A stretch of 64,000 nucleotides of DNA, from assembly GCF_009914755.1 (NCBI RefSeq), contig NC_060928.1. One strand, 5' to 3'. The notes under the pieces were generated by a model. The model was not told the origin of the DNA. It searched no databases and worked only from the letters and a program-made list of their open reading frames with translations. The position numbers and the translations under genes are program-made. Within the stretch, counting starts at the first letter, position 1. Every line of letters begins with the position of its first letter. Shown here piece by piece: positions 39,791 to 53,199 of the stretch. The DNA comes from the human T2T-CHM13v2.0 reference genome, Homo sapiens.

Positions 39791-42080
39791 CTTATTATGG
39801 AACTCATTCTAGTTCTGCTATGTGACCTTGGATGGGTCACTTAACGTTTCTGAGACTGAGTTTCCAAATCATACACTAAGCTCCAAGTTAATTTTCCATG
39901 TTAAATACTTCCATGTTATTGTTTACTCCTGATTCTTTTAGTTTTGATGTCTTCTTCTAGTGAAGGGGTGTTTAATAAGGATAAGATATATTAAAGTTCC
40001 AAAAGGAAAAATATTAAAGAAATGGGTTGGTTAGTTACCTCCACCCTGGATTAGGGAGATAGAGGTCTCCATCTACATGTATGAGACTTTTTTTTTTTTT
40101 TTCAGAATTCCACATTCAGTGACAGATCCAATGGACATATTATAAGCCATTTTATTTGACATTTAGAACCTGCTTTCAGTTTGTTCTGAAGTCCACAAAT
40201 ATTTGTTTATAGGCTGTGTTAACCTCACCTATAAGTATTTAAATCAGAGACTAATGGTTTAATATATTAATATATTTAAAGTATTTATCATATAGTGTTG
40301 TTCTGATTATTAAAATAATCAATGTGTAAAATATTTAGAATAATGCCTGGCATGTAGCATGCTCTATAAAGTGCTACTTAATTTTATTATGTTGGATGAG
40401 GTACCTCTTCATTCATGAAACATACAGAACATTACACAGAGATGAGAGAAAATGTTAACAGCTGTGTGAAAGGTGTCAAGCTTACCATAAATGTACTATT
40501 TGTTTATTTTTAGCCCAACAACATTAGTTACTGAATACGCATTATTTGTATTTAGGATATACTCAGGAACATTTTACATTTGTCTCTCTATCATCAATGT
40601 GGACAATTCTAAAGGTATTATCTTTGTTTCCAAAACGTGACCAAAAATAATTTCTCTTAAAACCATGTTAGCAAATGAAACTGTGTTCAAAACAAATTTA
40701 TTAACATTATGTCCTACTTGTCCAGAGGCAGGGAAACGTAAAAAAATTCCCTGAAATAAGTAGGTGTCCAAAAACTATCTGCTGCAAAAACAAATATATA
40801 CATAAATGATTCTCAAAATAAAGCACAATTCCAGTAGTAGTAAAGCATCCAAAACAATACACAACCAGTTATCAAAAAAGTCTTGACTTTAATCAAGAAC
40901 ACTAAATCTGAAGTATAAATACAAAATTATCATAAACTTATTGATGGTCAAAACTATAGAATACAGAAGTTAAGGAAAACATCACGAAGAAAGTGGACAT
41001 TGTAGAGGATTCTTAAGGAACTATCCAAATGGATTACCACTGAGGTAAGAAACTATGGTCTAGATCCCTCAAGGTCAACTTGCCCAAATTTTCTGATGAG
41101 CCAATGAACCACTAGCAAGCAAAAGGAAAGAGAAGGGCTGGACAAGAGGCAGCTGCACTGTCCACACCTGAGTCTTCTTCTTGGACAAGAAGATAACCTA
41201 TATGTTCCCTCAAATCTCTCAATGTTTTAGACACTAACTTTCCAACTGGAAACAGTAAATACTATCTAAATTAGAGTTAGCTAATCAATGATCTCTGCTT
41301 TGATAAGAAATGTGTGACTTTAACACAAAACCATAATCCTCCTGAGGAATTTTTCATTCCTTTGAATTTTTTTCTCTTTCTCGTTTACCTACTACTGAGC
41401 TAAACTACTCCTTTACCACCACCCATTTCCTGGTCCTCATCTCTTTACCTGAAGAGCTTGAGACTTCCTTTGCTAAAACTCAGAAAGAAAGGAGAAATGG
41501 TAAGCCTGGCTCTTCTCTCAAGCTTGACAATGAAGTCCAGTTTCCTTTCCCAAAAGAAATTAAACATCTGTGAAATCAAATGTCTTTTAGGAGAAACCAG
41601 ACAAGTGAACTGTTGAAGCCCAACAAACCACACTCCAAATCAGGATTTCCACCCAGGTCTTCCTGCTACTAAAGGGAGCATCTAACATTTGCCCAGAGTC
41701 AGAAGACCTGGTTTCTGCTTCTGAGTTGTCAGCTGACTCCATCTGGAGAGCAGATGACACCTCTTCAGCTCTGCTCTGGGTTTCTCCATCTACCAAAAAC
41801 AAGAACCAGAGGTGTTCTTCAGTTTATATTTAAATACTTTTATTGCTGCAAGCACTTCCTTCTCTTGACTCTGAGGAAAGTCACACTACAAGTACTTTCC
41901 TCCTCTATCATCATTCCTCTCCAGCCACCCCCCACATACCAACGGTTTCCTCTCATGTGTCCTTGAGATAAATTCAATTGTGATAACTAGTCAGAACATG
42001 GGTCATGAACCCAGCGGATAGGAATCTTACTGCTAAACACGTTTGTTTTCAATTTCATGGTTTTCTTCCTCCTTTCCCAG

Positions 42081-42188
42081 TTGACAGGAAGGCAATCATT
42101 CATTCATTCAGCAAGCAAGCAAGCAAGCATCCACAATGAGCCTGGATGCCACATGGACCACGATCACCAAGGAGATCGATAAATCCCA
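42081..42188 (+). other. Candidate internal exon (108 nt) of a + strand spliced transcript
   Basis: Acceptor ttttcttcctcctttcccAG, donor CCA|GTAAGT; contains (ATTC)3, (GCAA)5 and an ATG at 42136 with A at -3. Confidence 0.4.
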
Positions 42189-43819
42189 GTAAGTTCAGTT
42201 GCCCTCCACTCCACAGACCAGTCCCCACAGTGGGCACCATTTCCTTACAGGTCAAAACTTTGTTCTTTTTTGTACCAGATAATTTATTTTCTGGAGCTAA
42301 AAGTAATATTTCTAAGTGCTAGCTTAAAAAATGTGTTTCTGGCATGACGTAAAAGTAACCTGGTCAGGATTATAAAGTACATCATTATAAGCCAGATTTA
42401 TTTATAGTGTTACATTGAAATCATTATGTTCAGGAAAATTTACAAATTCTGAAAGTTGTTTTAGATTCCTTGGACTAAAATACACACACACACCATCCTA
42501 AAGGATGTTGACTTTCCATCAGAACAGAAGATCTGGACTGGCAAATTAAAATAAGTTGTCAATCTTCTGCCACACGCTCTCTTCTCTTACACTGGTATAT
42601 TGTGAATATGCTCCCACTTTATCAGCTTCATGCCCCTAAAATCTGTGCAAGCCACACAACCTGTTTCCAAAGTATATGTTTAAATAAAGTGCTAAGAGCT
42701 GTCAAGGCACGAACATAAGAAAGTTCCTGACCAATGTTAATAGTAATTACTCCTTCCTTTCAAGGCAGAAACTGCTGTCTTCAGCCTCATCCAATTTTAG
42801 CAAGGTGACCAGTTTAGAAAGCATTATTGTAAAATGCAGTTTTACTGATTCCAGTTTCTCTTAATGACTCATCTTCAGCTGCACAGGCTTCTGAATACGG
42901 GGCAAATCGTATCAACGACAAAGGTGCAAACTGCTATTCTAATAAAGATCTTGGCATCACAGGATTTCATACTGTCTGTAATTTAAATCTTACCTTAGAT
43001 TTTCAGAGATGGAAAAGAAATGGTGTGTTTGTATGTGTGTGTCTGTATACGTGCAGTATCAGAAATATAATAACTTTAAAACTTTCTTAACATGCTGGCT
43101 TCCTTTCTGGTCTTACAGAACACTTCGTAATCAAAACAAAACAAAAATATTGGAAGTCTAGCACAAAATTTAAATGACCTGATAAAGTCATTCCTTAAAA
43201 TAGCACATCTGATTTCCCAGAAAATCTTTTACTTCCAAGCACCATTCTAGTCCATATGGAAATACCCAAGATCTCTATGGAATGACAATAGGTCATCTAA
43301 ATAAGCCTTTATATTAAATGATCCTTCATCAAAAAATGCAAACTCTGTTTCAGCCCTGATGAGCCAAATTACTAACTAAACGATGAATGCCAGCAGCATA
43401 TTGTAACTTTCCCTCTCTCTCTAAAATGTAAGTCCAAACTATCTTCTGCCCCTGAAAAAGCAACCTTCGTTCATCAAAAGTAATTCATTCTATAAACTGC
43501 CCTCTGACAATCTCACAATGATTTCTCAGTCATTATCATCAGGTAAATTATCCACATAAAAGGTATTAATTTATCTTTCTAATTAACATTGTCACCTACT
43601 TTCTGGTTACTTCTATCTGGAGTAAGCTAGAAGGAAGTTCCACTAAAGTAAATCACTTAATTGCTTCCACTGTCCCAGGGAATAAATGAGTTCTTAAAAG
43701 AAAGGATACAAAAGAAAAGGGGTTAGAGGTATCATTTTCACAGAGAAAGCACAAGCCAATGGCAAAAGAACAAATGATTTTTTGACAAGATCTTCCACAA
43801 GCAAGGTAACATTATCACT

Positions 43820-44000
43820 AACTTCTGTTGAGCATTTACTATATAGCAGTCTCTAGCTAAACACTTTATGTGTATTGCTTTACTTAATTTCCATAAAACT
43901 GCATCAGGTAGGTACCATTCATATCTCCTAGAAATAAGGAGCTGAGGTCTGGCTAACTAAATCATTTGACCAAGATTAAAACAAATGGTGGAGATGAGAC
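43820..44000 (-). mobile_element. MIR
   Basis: 'gttgagcatttactatat...aaacactttatgtgtatt...aaataaggagctgagg'. Confidence 0.7.
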
Positions 44001-46024
44001 TCTTACAGCATATCAGAGGTAAACTCCTTCAAGAATTGTAATAGAAGTATAGTCAGTTTTCAATCACAGTATTGAAAGTATGGTATTGTAGAAAATACCA
44101 TAAAAGAAGGCAACATATCTAGCACTGAGCACTCCAGACTCAAATCCTTAAATCTGGAGCAAAAATATAAATTTCTTTACTCTTTAGTATTTGTAACAAG
44201 ATATTCTGTCTACCATAATGTAACATTATTGCTGCATAATATTTACAACTTCCAGATTTTTAAAAGACATTTTCCAAACATCTGCATTTCTTCCAAAGCA
44301 TTTGCAAACACCACAGTTAACTCTTTTCAGCAAATCAGTCTGAAAAAAAATAAGCATTGTCCTTTATAAGTGACTAATGTAGTATAATTATTTTCACTTT
44401 AAAAAATAGAACTTCACTTTCTTCAAAAGTATCAGTGATCTCATTGCAAAGCATTACCAGAAATTTACATATAAGTTTAGAAATATCTAATTAACTGTGA
44501 GCTCTGCAAATTCCCAAATCAACTATAAAATCATCATGAGTTTTCTCACACATTCTTCTGAAGAACTCATTTCTAAAAAAACTTACAGTCAATGTGTGTT
44601 TTAACTTCCCCTCTCCCCCCACCCAAAAAAAAAGCTATCAAAAGAAATAATCAAGCATTAATGATTATTCTTCCCAGAATTATTTAAGGTAATCTATTCT
44701 AACTACTCATATTTTTCTGTAGGATTAAAGTATGAAATATTCAGAGAGCTTATTAACCTTCCTATACAATAACAAAAAAAATACATTCAATGATTTTTCT
44801 AAGAATTATTCAATGAATTAAAAACTGACCAGGAACTAAGGTAAATACAAAGACCGATTTTTACCTCAGCAGTTTTTATATTACATTTATTTTTTTCTTT
44901 AGCAAAAAAAGAAGTATCCACCAAGTCCCCCCTCATTTTACTAATAATCACTCTGCAAATAGGCAGTCAAAGGCAGTGTTATCTATACTTTACAGAAGCA
45001 CTTTAAGTGAAATTAATAACAAGAGTATATACAAACCCCCCCAGTCTTCTCCCTCATCCAAGATTGAAATATTTCTGGTCTGGTAATGTCTTAATTCATA
45101 TCGTTAAGGCACATTCCAATTAAAACAACCCAAATATAAGTATATATAATTATTTACATTATTGAAATCTTTAATTTGTATTTAGTTTTTGTCTGGGTTT
45201 CCTTTTTATGTTGGGAAAAGAATACTTAGCAACAAGTGGATGCTTATGTTCTCTTAAACTAGTAATAAAAATAAAATGGCACTTCATATTGTAAAGGCTA
45301 GAGGGAACCTTAGGAAGTGGCTAGTTTGAGCTTCTCATTTTGCAGAGAAGAAAATGAGATAGAGGCAGGTAAGTAAGGTGCTCAAACACATGAAGTTAGG
45401 TGGACTCTAAACCTCTCAGACTATGATGCCGGTCTCCTGACTCTCATGGTTTTGTTCTCCTGGAATATGGCATACTCCATAACTTTCAACTGTATGTGTG
45501 CCTTCTAGGAATAATCAGAAAAATGTGTGTCAAGCTTATGTGAGCTCTAACTATCCACCTGACCACCTTACTCCCATAGTTAGTGGGCTGGCTACTTTGC
45601 TAAGAAGAAAATTTGCATTAAGCTTTACACACATGGTTAACCCTGTGGCCCTTGTAGGCTCTCTGTCAGGGGAAGGGACAGAAAAACAAAGGAAGGAGGA
45701 AGGTGCAGAAGAGCACTCAACTGGAGAGAAACAACACTGAAAATATACCAATAGAATCCACAGCAGCTATAAAGAGAATGAGCTTATGATGCACAATGCA
45801 GTGCATACTGTGTGTACATGGTTGGGAAGATAAAATTAAGCTGAACACTTGAATCCCCTATCCTTGAGAGATATTTTTCATTTTCTTTAGCTTTCAATCT
45901 TATCAAGAAAAAATTCAGGACAAATACATGTCACTAGGCAGCAGTAGCTATTGCAGAGTATGTGGGAATATGTCATCTTTGCTCCGCCTCAGAAAATCTT
46001 AGACTGACTAGTCCAGTGACCCTT

Positions 46025-46138
46025 TAACTCTGGTTGGACAGTCCAATTGTCTGAAGAGTTTACACAAAAAACTACTGCTTAGACCCCATTCCAGATAAAT
46101 TAAATCAGAATTTCTAAGAGTGGGGTCTAGGCATCAGT
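46025..46138. mobile_element. MER5-type hAT-Charlie fragment
   Basis: 'gaccccattccagataaattaaatcagaatttctaagagtggggtctaggcatcagt'. Confidence 0.65.
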
Positions 46139-47499
46139 GCCATTCTTGTCCCTGTTACTGTAAAAGATGTGGTGTATCTCATTCAATCTTATAATCAACA
46201 AACAAATGTTTTTGTTAATACTTCCTTCACAGAGGGCAATAAGGCTCACAAGAAAAGACAGACAAGGTGTGTTCCTTACTGTCAATTAAGGTAACTTTCT
46301 AAAATTCTAAATTGTTTTCCACTGTCAACTTTACATTTCCATTTTGATATCTAGTGTTTTTTTTTTTAATGTTTACCATGATTAATGGGAAAATGCAACA
46401 CCCTGCCCTGCCCCCACCCATATGCACACACAAAGACCAGAGTGCCGTGCTGACCACTAGAAGCATCTCTCCAGACTGACAGGGGTCTACTGATTAAATT
46501 GTCAGTTCTTTTGTTCAGACAGGAAAAAAAAATCCACTTAACCACATTATCATCTAACCCATATTAGCTTTATTTTATATTGTTTCTACTAAGGTACCAT
46601 TCAAGGGTTTTATATAAATGGAATAGAAATCTATATATACTATGCAAATTATCTTCTCCTGATCACTCTTCTCACTTTACCAGGTTAGAAATTCATGTCA
46701 GTTAGGTTGACAGAGAAGATGGTAAAAAGGGTGCCTTAACTCCGTAATAATTACTGGGAAGAGTCTCCATCCAAAACCATCTTTTCACAAGATTAGCTTA
46801 GTACACTGATTCTCACAGTACTTAAATTAGCAATTTGACCCCAATATCGAAGTCTATGTCTAGATTTCAAAATAGACATAAAAAGTAATATGTCTTCACA
46901 TAAAGTTCTTCATTTACATCAAATAAATGAAATAAGGCATGAATCATTTTCATATCTTTTTCCCCCATGTCTTTTTCCCCCAAGGCAGGAACTGTTTCTG
47001 TTGTCTGTCCTTCCTTTTTATTTATTTTTTATGACCCAGCACTTTATTAGTAAATGAGAAGTCACTGTAGCTCACAGTTGCATTTGAATTTTTTGACTTT
47101 TTAATTTTAATAGGAATTGAGTCTTTTTTTAATCTTTAGTTTAATATGAAAACTGAAATGACTTCTAAGGCATACGAAGGCAGGAAAAATCAGCACCTTA
47201 AGACAGGGCAAGAAAAAGAAAAAATTAAAATAAAAGAAGGAAGGAAAAACATTTCCTTTGAAAACATTCTTCATGAATCAGTTTTTTGAGACCAGCAAGC
47301 AATTACTATTTAACATACAGAAAAATGCAAAATGTACAAATGCACATAAAATTCAGTTTGTTGTGCAGATCTTTGTCCCTCAGTCTCAGTGTAAATCCAG
47401 ATTCTAAAAGCCCAGTTGCACAGTGACCTTCAATTTCTCACAATGGTTTATTAAGTTCAAATAATCACTAAGCAAATATCTCATTTAATCATTCAAGAA

Positions 47500-47748
47500 A
47501 AGACAACAAACTCAAATGCCTATAGGAGCCAGGGGAGGCAAAGTAAACATAGCATGTATGAGGGAAGACAGGATAGAGGAGGCAAGGTAGAGTTCTGGTG
47601 ATATATGCCCTTATTAAAGGAGGTAGCAGGGAAAAGTCAGATTTTATCTTCTGAATCCCCTATGATGGAAACTAATACAAACTGTTTAAATCTCTTTTAG
47701 GCCAAACAATTCTCTCTGAGGGGGAAGTAGCCTTCAGCTCTGGTCTAG
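47500..47748. mobile_element. MER102-like hAT-Charlie element
   Basis: 'caaactcaaatgcctataggagccagg' is the MER102 left end as I recall it. Confidence 0.55.
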
Positions 47749-47882
47749 ACGATTAAAAGAAAAACAATTCAGGAGAGAAACCAAAAATTTATGTTACCAC
47801 TATATCCATAAGAATTTGGCTGAATTTTGTTGTATTGTAGGTTATAATTTGTTAGCCATATGAAATAATGCAATAGAGCCTG

Positions 47883-48155
47883 TTTTCCAGAGTCTCCCTC
47901 TGTCACCCAGGCTGCAGTAGTGGTGCAAACAGGGCTCACTGCAGCCTTGACCTCCTGGGCTTAAGCGATCCTCCTGCCTCAGCCTCCTGAGTAGCTGGGA
48001 GCCAGCTACTCTTTTATTTATTTTTTTTATTTATTTGTAGAGACAGGGTCTTGCTCTGTTGCCCAGGCCAGTCTGAAACTCCTGGGCTCAAGTAATCTTT
48101 CCACCTCAGCCTCCCAAACTGCTGGGATTACAGGTGTGTGCCATAGCACCCAGCC
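47883..48155 (-). mobile_element. AluJ with internal deletion and hairpin
   Basis: Antisense AluJ; the 'ctacaggc...cacg' segment is absent, leaving gagtagctgg-gag-ccagctactc. Confidence 0.92.
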
Positions 48156-48576
48156 CATGTCTGCTTTCTTCAAGATATTTAATCATGAGTTTTTCTTAGT
48201 AAATTGACCTGAATCCCAAAGAATAGAAAGATTATCACAAACAGAGAAGATAGGCATAAAGAAGACCAAACCACTTTTAATGAATGGTGATTCAAGGAAA
48301 GGATAACTAAACATGAATCACTTGGAAACATGAATAAATACAAACAGTGAGTTTTTGTTCATTCACTTCTCTGCTTGTGTCAGCATTTTGAAGGAGAAGA
48401 TGAATGAAAGGTAAGGAGTGGCTAAATTCCAAAGTCAAATGATAACCCAAATAAAAACCACACAAGATAAACAACAGATATACAAACACTGCTTCAAAAC
48501 AAACATAACTCATTTACCCTGATCCCAAAATAACAAAATTAAACCATCTAAGAAACTCCAGTGGTCATTCACTTAC

Positions 48577-48668
48577 AAAGTAGAGAAAGACCTGGTCATG
48601 TAATAGAGGGGAATAAACATAGAAAGCAACATAAACGTCTTTAAGATAATGCAGCTCACATGCTCTAC
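48577..48668 (-). other. Candidate 92-nt cassette exon
   Basis: On - strand: acceptor tttttttttccAG|G, donor TTT|GTAAGT. Confidence 0.25.
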
Positions 48669-50723
48669 CTGGAAAAAAAAAGTGTTTCTTTAATGTATTT
48701 GTGATAGCATACAGAGGGATTATGGAATTTACATGTTACTGCCTGTGGATGAATCACCTTTATATATAGAACTACCTTTACATACACAAAGAGGAAGTAA
48801 AATAATTTATACCTCAACAGGTTTATTTACTTTCTTACCAAGTGACTTAGATATAATAATAATTAATAATTCCAGACTGTTTTCACTATTTCTTACCTCA
48901 CCTATTTCCTCTACTTTTCATGAAAACTCTGTATTTTCTTACATCAGTTCCCATATTCTTATTCTTTTAACTCTGTCAAAATATGTAAAGCCAGTAAATT
49001 ACTAATAGAAGAAAATAAAGAGAATAAAAGTTGCATACAGCTCTATACATTTACTATTTATATCTTACATCATAAGTATTTACATCATAGGTACAAAAAA
49101 TAAATAGGATTATTAAGTGAATGCATTTTTCAATCAAGTTATTAAATTTAGATATGGCCCTAGCTATGTTTACTACTAAATTATAAGAATGGTTACTACT
49201 ACATTATAAAAATCAGTTACAGTATTATATAGCGTGATTAATCTTTCTCATTTAAAATCACAGTGTTATTCAGTCTATATCAACTGTCCATTAAAAACAA
49301 AATTAAAAACCTATAATTAAAGATGGCCTAATGAAATCTCAAGGAAATATCAAGGTTGGGATAAACATGAAGAAATTTCTTTACATTGACAGACTCAGAG
49401 ATGACTGGATGAGAAACAAGAGTACAGTCCATACTAGACCAGTCCATACAGGTCTAGCAATTGAACCTGAGTTCAACTAGTGAAAGTGAAATTTAAAATT
49501 AGGGGCTATGTGTAGCAAACACAAACACATTCACTAAAGAAAATTAAGAGAACAGTATCTTTCCAGTAGTATCTCTGGGTATAAAAGGAGAAAGTAAGTA
49601 GCAATTGCTCAATCATTATTGATTACTGATACTGTCCTCTCTCATATAGAGAATGTGACCAACTATTTTCTTCATTTAAGCCAAATTCTGTAGGAGCATG
49701 AGACAGACGAACACCCCTAGCTGTCCTTTTCAGAATACCATGCCTAGCTGTCTTTTTCAGACCACTGATAGGGCCATGGTGTGAAGTCAGACCTTATTAC
49801 CAATCTGCCTCTGCCCTGGGGCGTCCTCAGTTAACTAGGAATGAAATAATATGTATACACAGATTTCCACAACCTCAAACTGAGTAGGAGGACTCTAGAT
49901 AATGGAACTTAATTACTTCAGTGTTAGAAAAAAGTATATTAGTGGATAATCCATGTACTGTGCAGAATATGCATTAAATATAGAATTAATGGCTCATCTA
50001 AAAGTTGAATAAAATTCAATTTCCACAGAATCAAAGGTTTTCACAAGCCAATGTAACACATAATAGGTATGAATTATCCATAAATGTGAATAAAGATTTC
50101 TTTCCAACCAATATTTCTCAGGGCCTATGATACGCTAGGAATTGTGTTATATACTTGGGATTACAATGTCCTTGTAGTTCAGGTACTCATTATTTAGTGT
50201 GAAAGACAACCAAGTAATCAAATAATTACAGTACAGAAACTGTGCTACGACTCCTGCTTTTGAGGGCTATAAGCATAAAGTTTAATAATGGAAGTGCATG
50301 AAGCCCGTACTATACTGAGATGGGAGGCAGGAGGGGATAAGCGGATCTGAGGAATGGCCTCTAAAGGAGATGACACCTAATCTGACAAAGAAGTGTAGGG
50401 AAATGTGTCCAGGCAGATTAATATTAACATACGCTATCTCTGGAAAATGCAATTTATACTAGTAACAAAAGTGAACTCCAGACTGACAAAATTACTAAAA
50501 ATGTTCAATAAATTGAGTCCAAGATGAGATTTGTATTGTGCAAGAATTTATAACCATAGTTTATACACCAATATTTACTCCACTATTAATATTTATACTA
50601 TCGATACTATTGTTAACTTGCATAAGAAGATGGTTTTTAAACTTTTAAAACCTTTTTAGTTGAAATAAATAATTTCCTCCTTTTCAGGGACTATATTTGA
50701 TAGCCTGAGTTAAAATCAATATG

Positions 50724-50952
50724 CCTAACCAACATGATGAGACCTCGTCTCTACAAAAATATTAACAAGTTAGCCAAGCATGGTGGTATGTGCCTATAGT
50801 TCCAGCTACTTGGGAGGATGAAGCAGGAGGATTACTTGAGTCCAGAAGTTTAAGGTTGCAGTGAGCTATGATTGTGCCACTGAACTCCAGCCTGGGGAAC
50901 ATAGAGAGATCCACTCTCTAAAAAACATAAATAAGTAACAATAACAATAATA
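50724..50952 (+). mobile_element. 5'-truncated AluJ with TSD
   Basis: Starts mid left arm ('cctaaccaacatgatgagacc'); TSD aaaatcaatatg on both sides. Confidence 0.9.
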
Positions 50953-51817
50953 AAAATCAATATGAAGAAGAAAAATTGATAAATTCTCATTAATTTTCAA
51001 CTAAAGCAAATGGAAAAGAGGTATTACTTCTTTTCTGCAAAAATACCTGCACCTAATCATCGGTGAGAGAAGTCTGAGAAAAGAAGGCAAAATTCTGTCA
51101 CATCTCAGTGATTACATTCTTAAGCTGGTACACAGTAATTCGTAGGCCTTCAACAATTTCAGAGAATTCCAACCTCACAGTTTTTATGGTGCCATAGGAC
51201 CACAATGCTGAAATCAACTTAAATACGTAAAACCATCTTCCTCTACAATAGTACCCTAAATATGTCTATACCACTATAAAAACCTGCAACTCGGACAGTC
51301 AACAATACATAGAGTAACACTGTATTTAACTGCTAATGAACTAAAGATAATAAAATTGCAACTTTATCTCACCTCTATACCTAAATAAACCTAAGGAAGA
51401 TTCGCAGCCTATAACAATCCCTATAGCATATTATTTATACTTGCTGGAACACATTAGGCTTAATGTATTAGTCATATATACAAGTAACATATCTGAACCA
51501 AATGTCCAAGACTTCTGCGCACTCAAGATATCTTCCTTAAGATAATATGGGAAAAAAAAGTCAAAGGACAATATCACAATTTGATGTCTATGCTGTGTTC
51601 CTAAAACTGGTCTTGGTATTTGATTATTTTATTCTTTTTACTAAGTTGTCTCATGGGACGTCCTGCTAAATATCAGCTGCCCAAAGTTTATAAACTATTT
51701 GTTCAGCCCAGGAGAAAACTGCTATGAAAATTACAGAAGAGCAGATATAAAATTCATTTATCATGTCTAATTGTACCAACTTAGTCAGCATTTTTCATTT
51801 TTATTGTTATCTTTTAG

Positions 51818-51945
51818 CAATGTTGTTCCCTGTCTTCAAAAATTTGTCAAGAAGATTGAGATCCACTGCTGTAAGATTACACAGATGCCCTCCTCATCGT
51901 CTATGACAGGCTATAATAAATCTTGCCAGACTTAACTTTAACTAC
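51818..51945 (+). other. Candidate terminal exon with poly(A) signal
   Basis: Acceptor tttttcatttttattgttatcttttAG; AATAAA at 51915-51920; T-rich sequence downstream; 3' end approximate. Confidence 0.3.
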
Positions 51946-52300
51946 TCTTTATTTACGATTCAGACTATAATTCACCATATACCCTTATGGAAGAATCATC
52001 TTTCCAGAAGCCTAGCAACAATCATGCCACTATCCTCCTCAAAATATTCACTAAATCTTCATTAGCTCCACATTCACAAGTGAATTAAATGCAACTTTCT
52101 TAGTTCATCACACAAGGCTTTGAACACACAAGGCCCCCAAACTACCTTTTTAAATCTAATTCTCTCTGACTTATATTCTAGAATACAGATAAATAATATT
52201 AAATTGTTATACCCATCCATGAAAATGGGGATAGAATTCGATTTGGTTTTGTCTTCTCTTATCATGCACAGAAAAGAACATAAGCTCCATACAAACAAGG

Positions 52301-52303
<3 letters not shown>

Positions 52304-52357
<54 letters not shown>
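52304..52357. repeat. Perfect (GT)27 microsatellite inside an L2 3' relic
   Basis: Direct reading; followed by 'tgctatgtatccccagaacctgg...aaatatttgttg'. Confidence 0.97.
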
Positions 52358-52360
<3 letters not shown>

Positions 52361-53199
52361 AACTGCTATGTATCCCCAGAACCTGGAAAACATCTTGGTA
52401 TTAATAGGCATTCATTAAATATTTGTTGGAAACACAGGCATCCTGTAGTAATATCCACTTTGTTTCATAGCTGTGAAACACAAAGTATACTGCTGGCATA
52501 ATTACGCACCTCAATGTGAACATCATGAAGAAGACAACATATAAGTATTTGTAAGATAAGTGTCCAAATATGGCAGTACTACAGAAATGCAACATCAGTA
52601 GAAGTCACGCCTTTGCTTTACCAGTCTCTATAAGCTGCTCATTGGTTTTTCCAGGAACATGTGAACATTTCATAAAATGTTGGTTAACCCATGGTAACCT
52701 CTGTGGCATACAGCTGGCTGCTGAGGATTTCATTAAATGTTAGAAGGAGTTCCTACAAATGGAATTAAGGGCATATAACATGTGAGATGGTAATGAAAAA
52801 TACATTTCACATGCTTCGAAGGATGCTTCACTGCAAACAAGATCTTTGAGGAATATTGCATAAAGACAGCAATTTGCAAGAAGCAAAAAATTGTTTTAAG
52901 AGGTTCTGAGTTTGTAGTATTTTTACTATATAACATCTGTATCTTTTAAAGTGGCTATAGCTACTGCATAAAAAGGAAGTATCTGTGAGATCCGTGACAG
53001 GTCATTCATACGTATGCATAGCACCTTCACAACCAATAAAACCTTTATCAATTGTTGTAAATATGTGTCTCAATCTATTACTCTATCACAAGGCATACAG
53101 GGATGTTCAATGTCAGGTACTAGATAAGCTTGTTCAAACTAAGCTTTCTTCCACCTCCCAGATTCAAAGAAAAGGACATATGCATCATGCCATACGTTC

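Noticed and set aside
42840-42935. CpG-containing patch that looked like a - strand coding exon
   Set aside because: No good donor/acceptor pair, and the open frame (QFAPLSLIRFAPYSEAC...) is unrecognisable.
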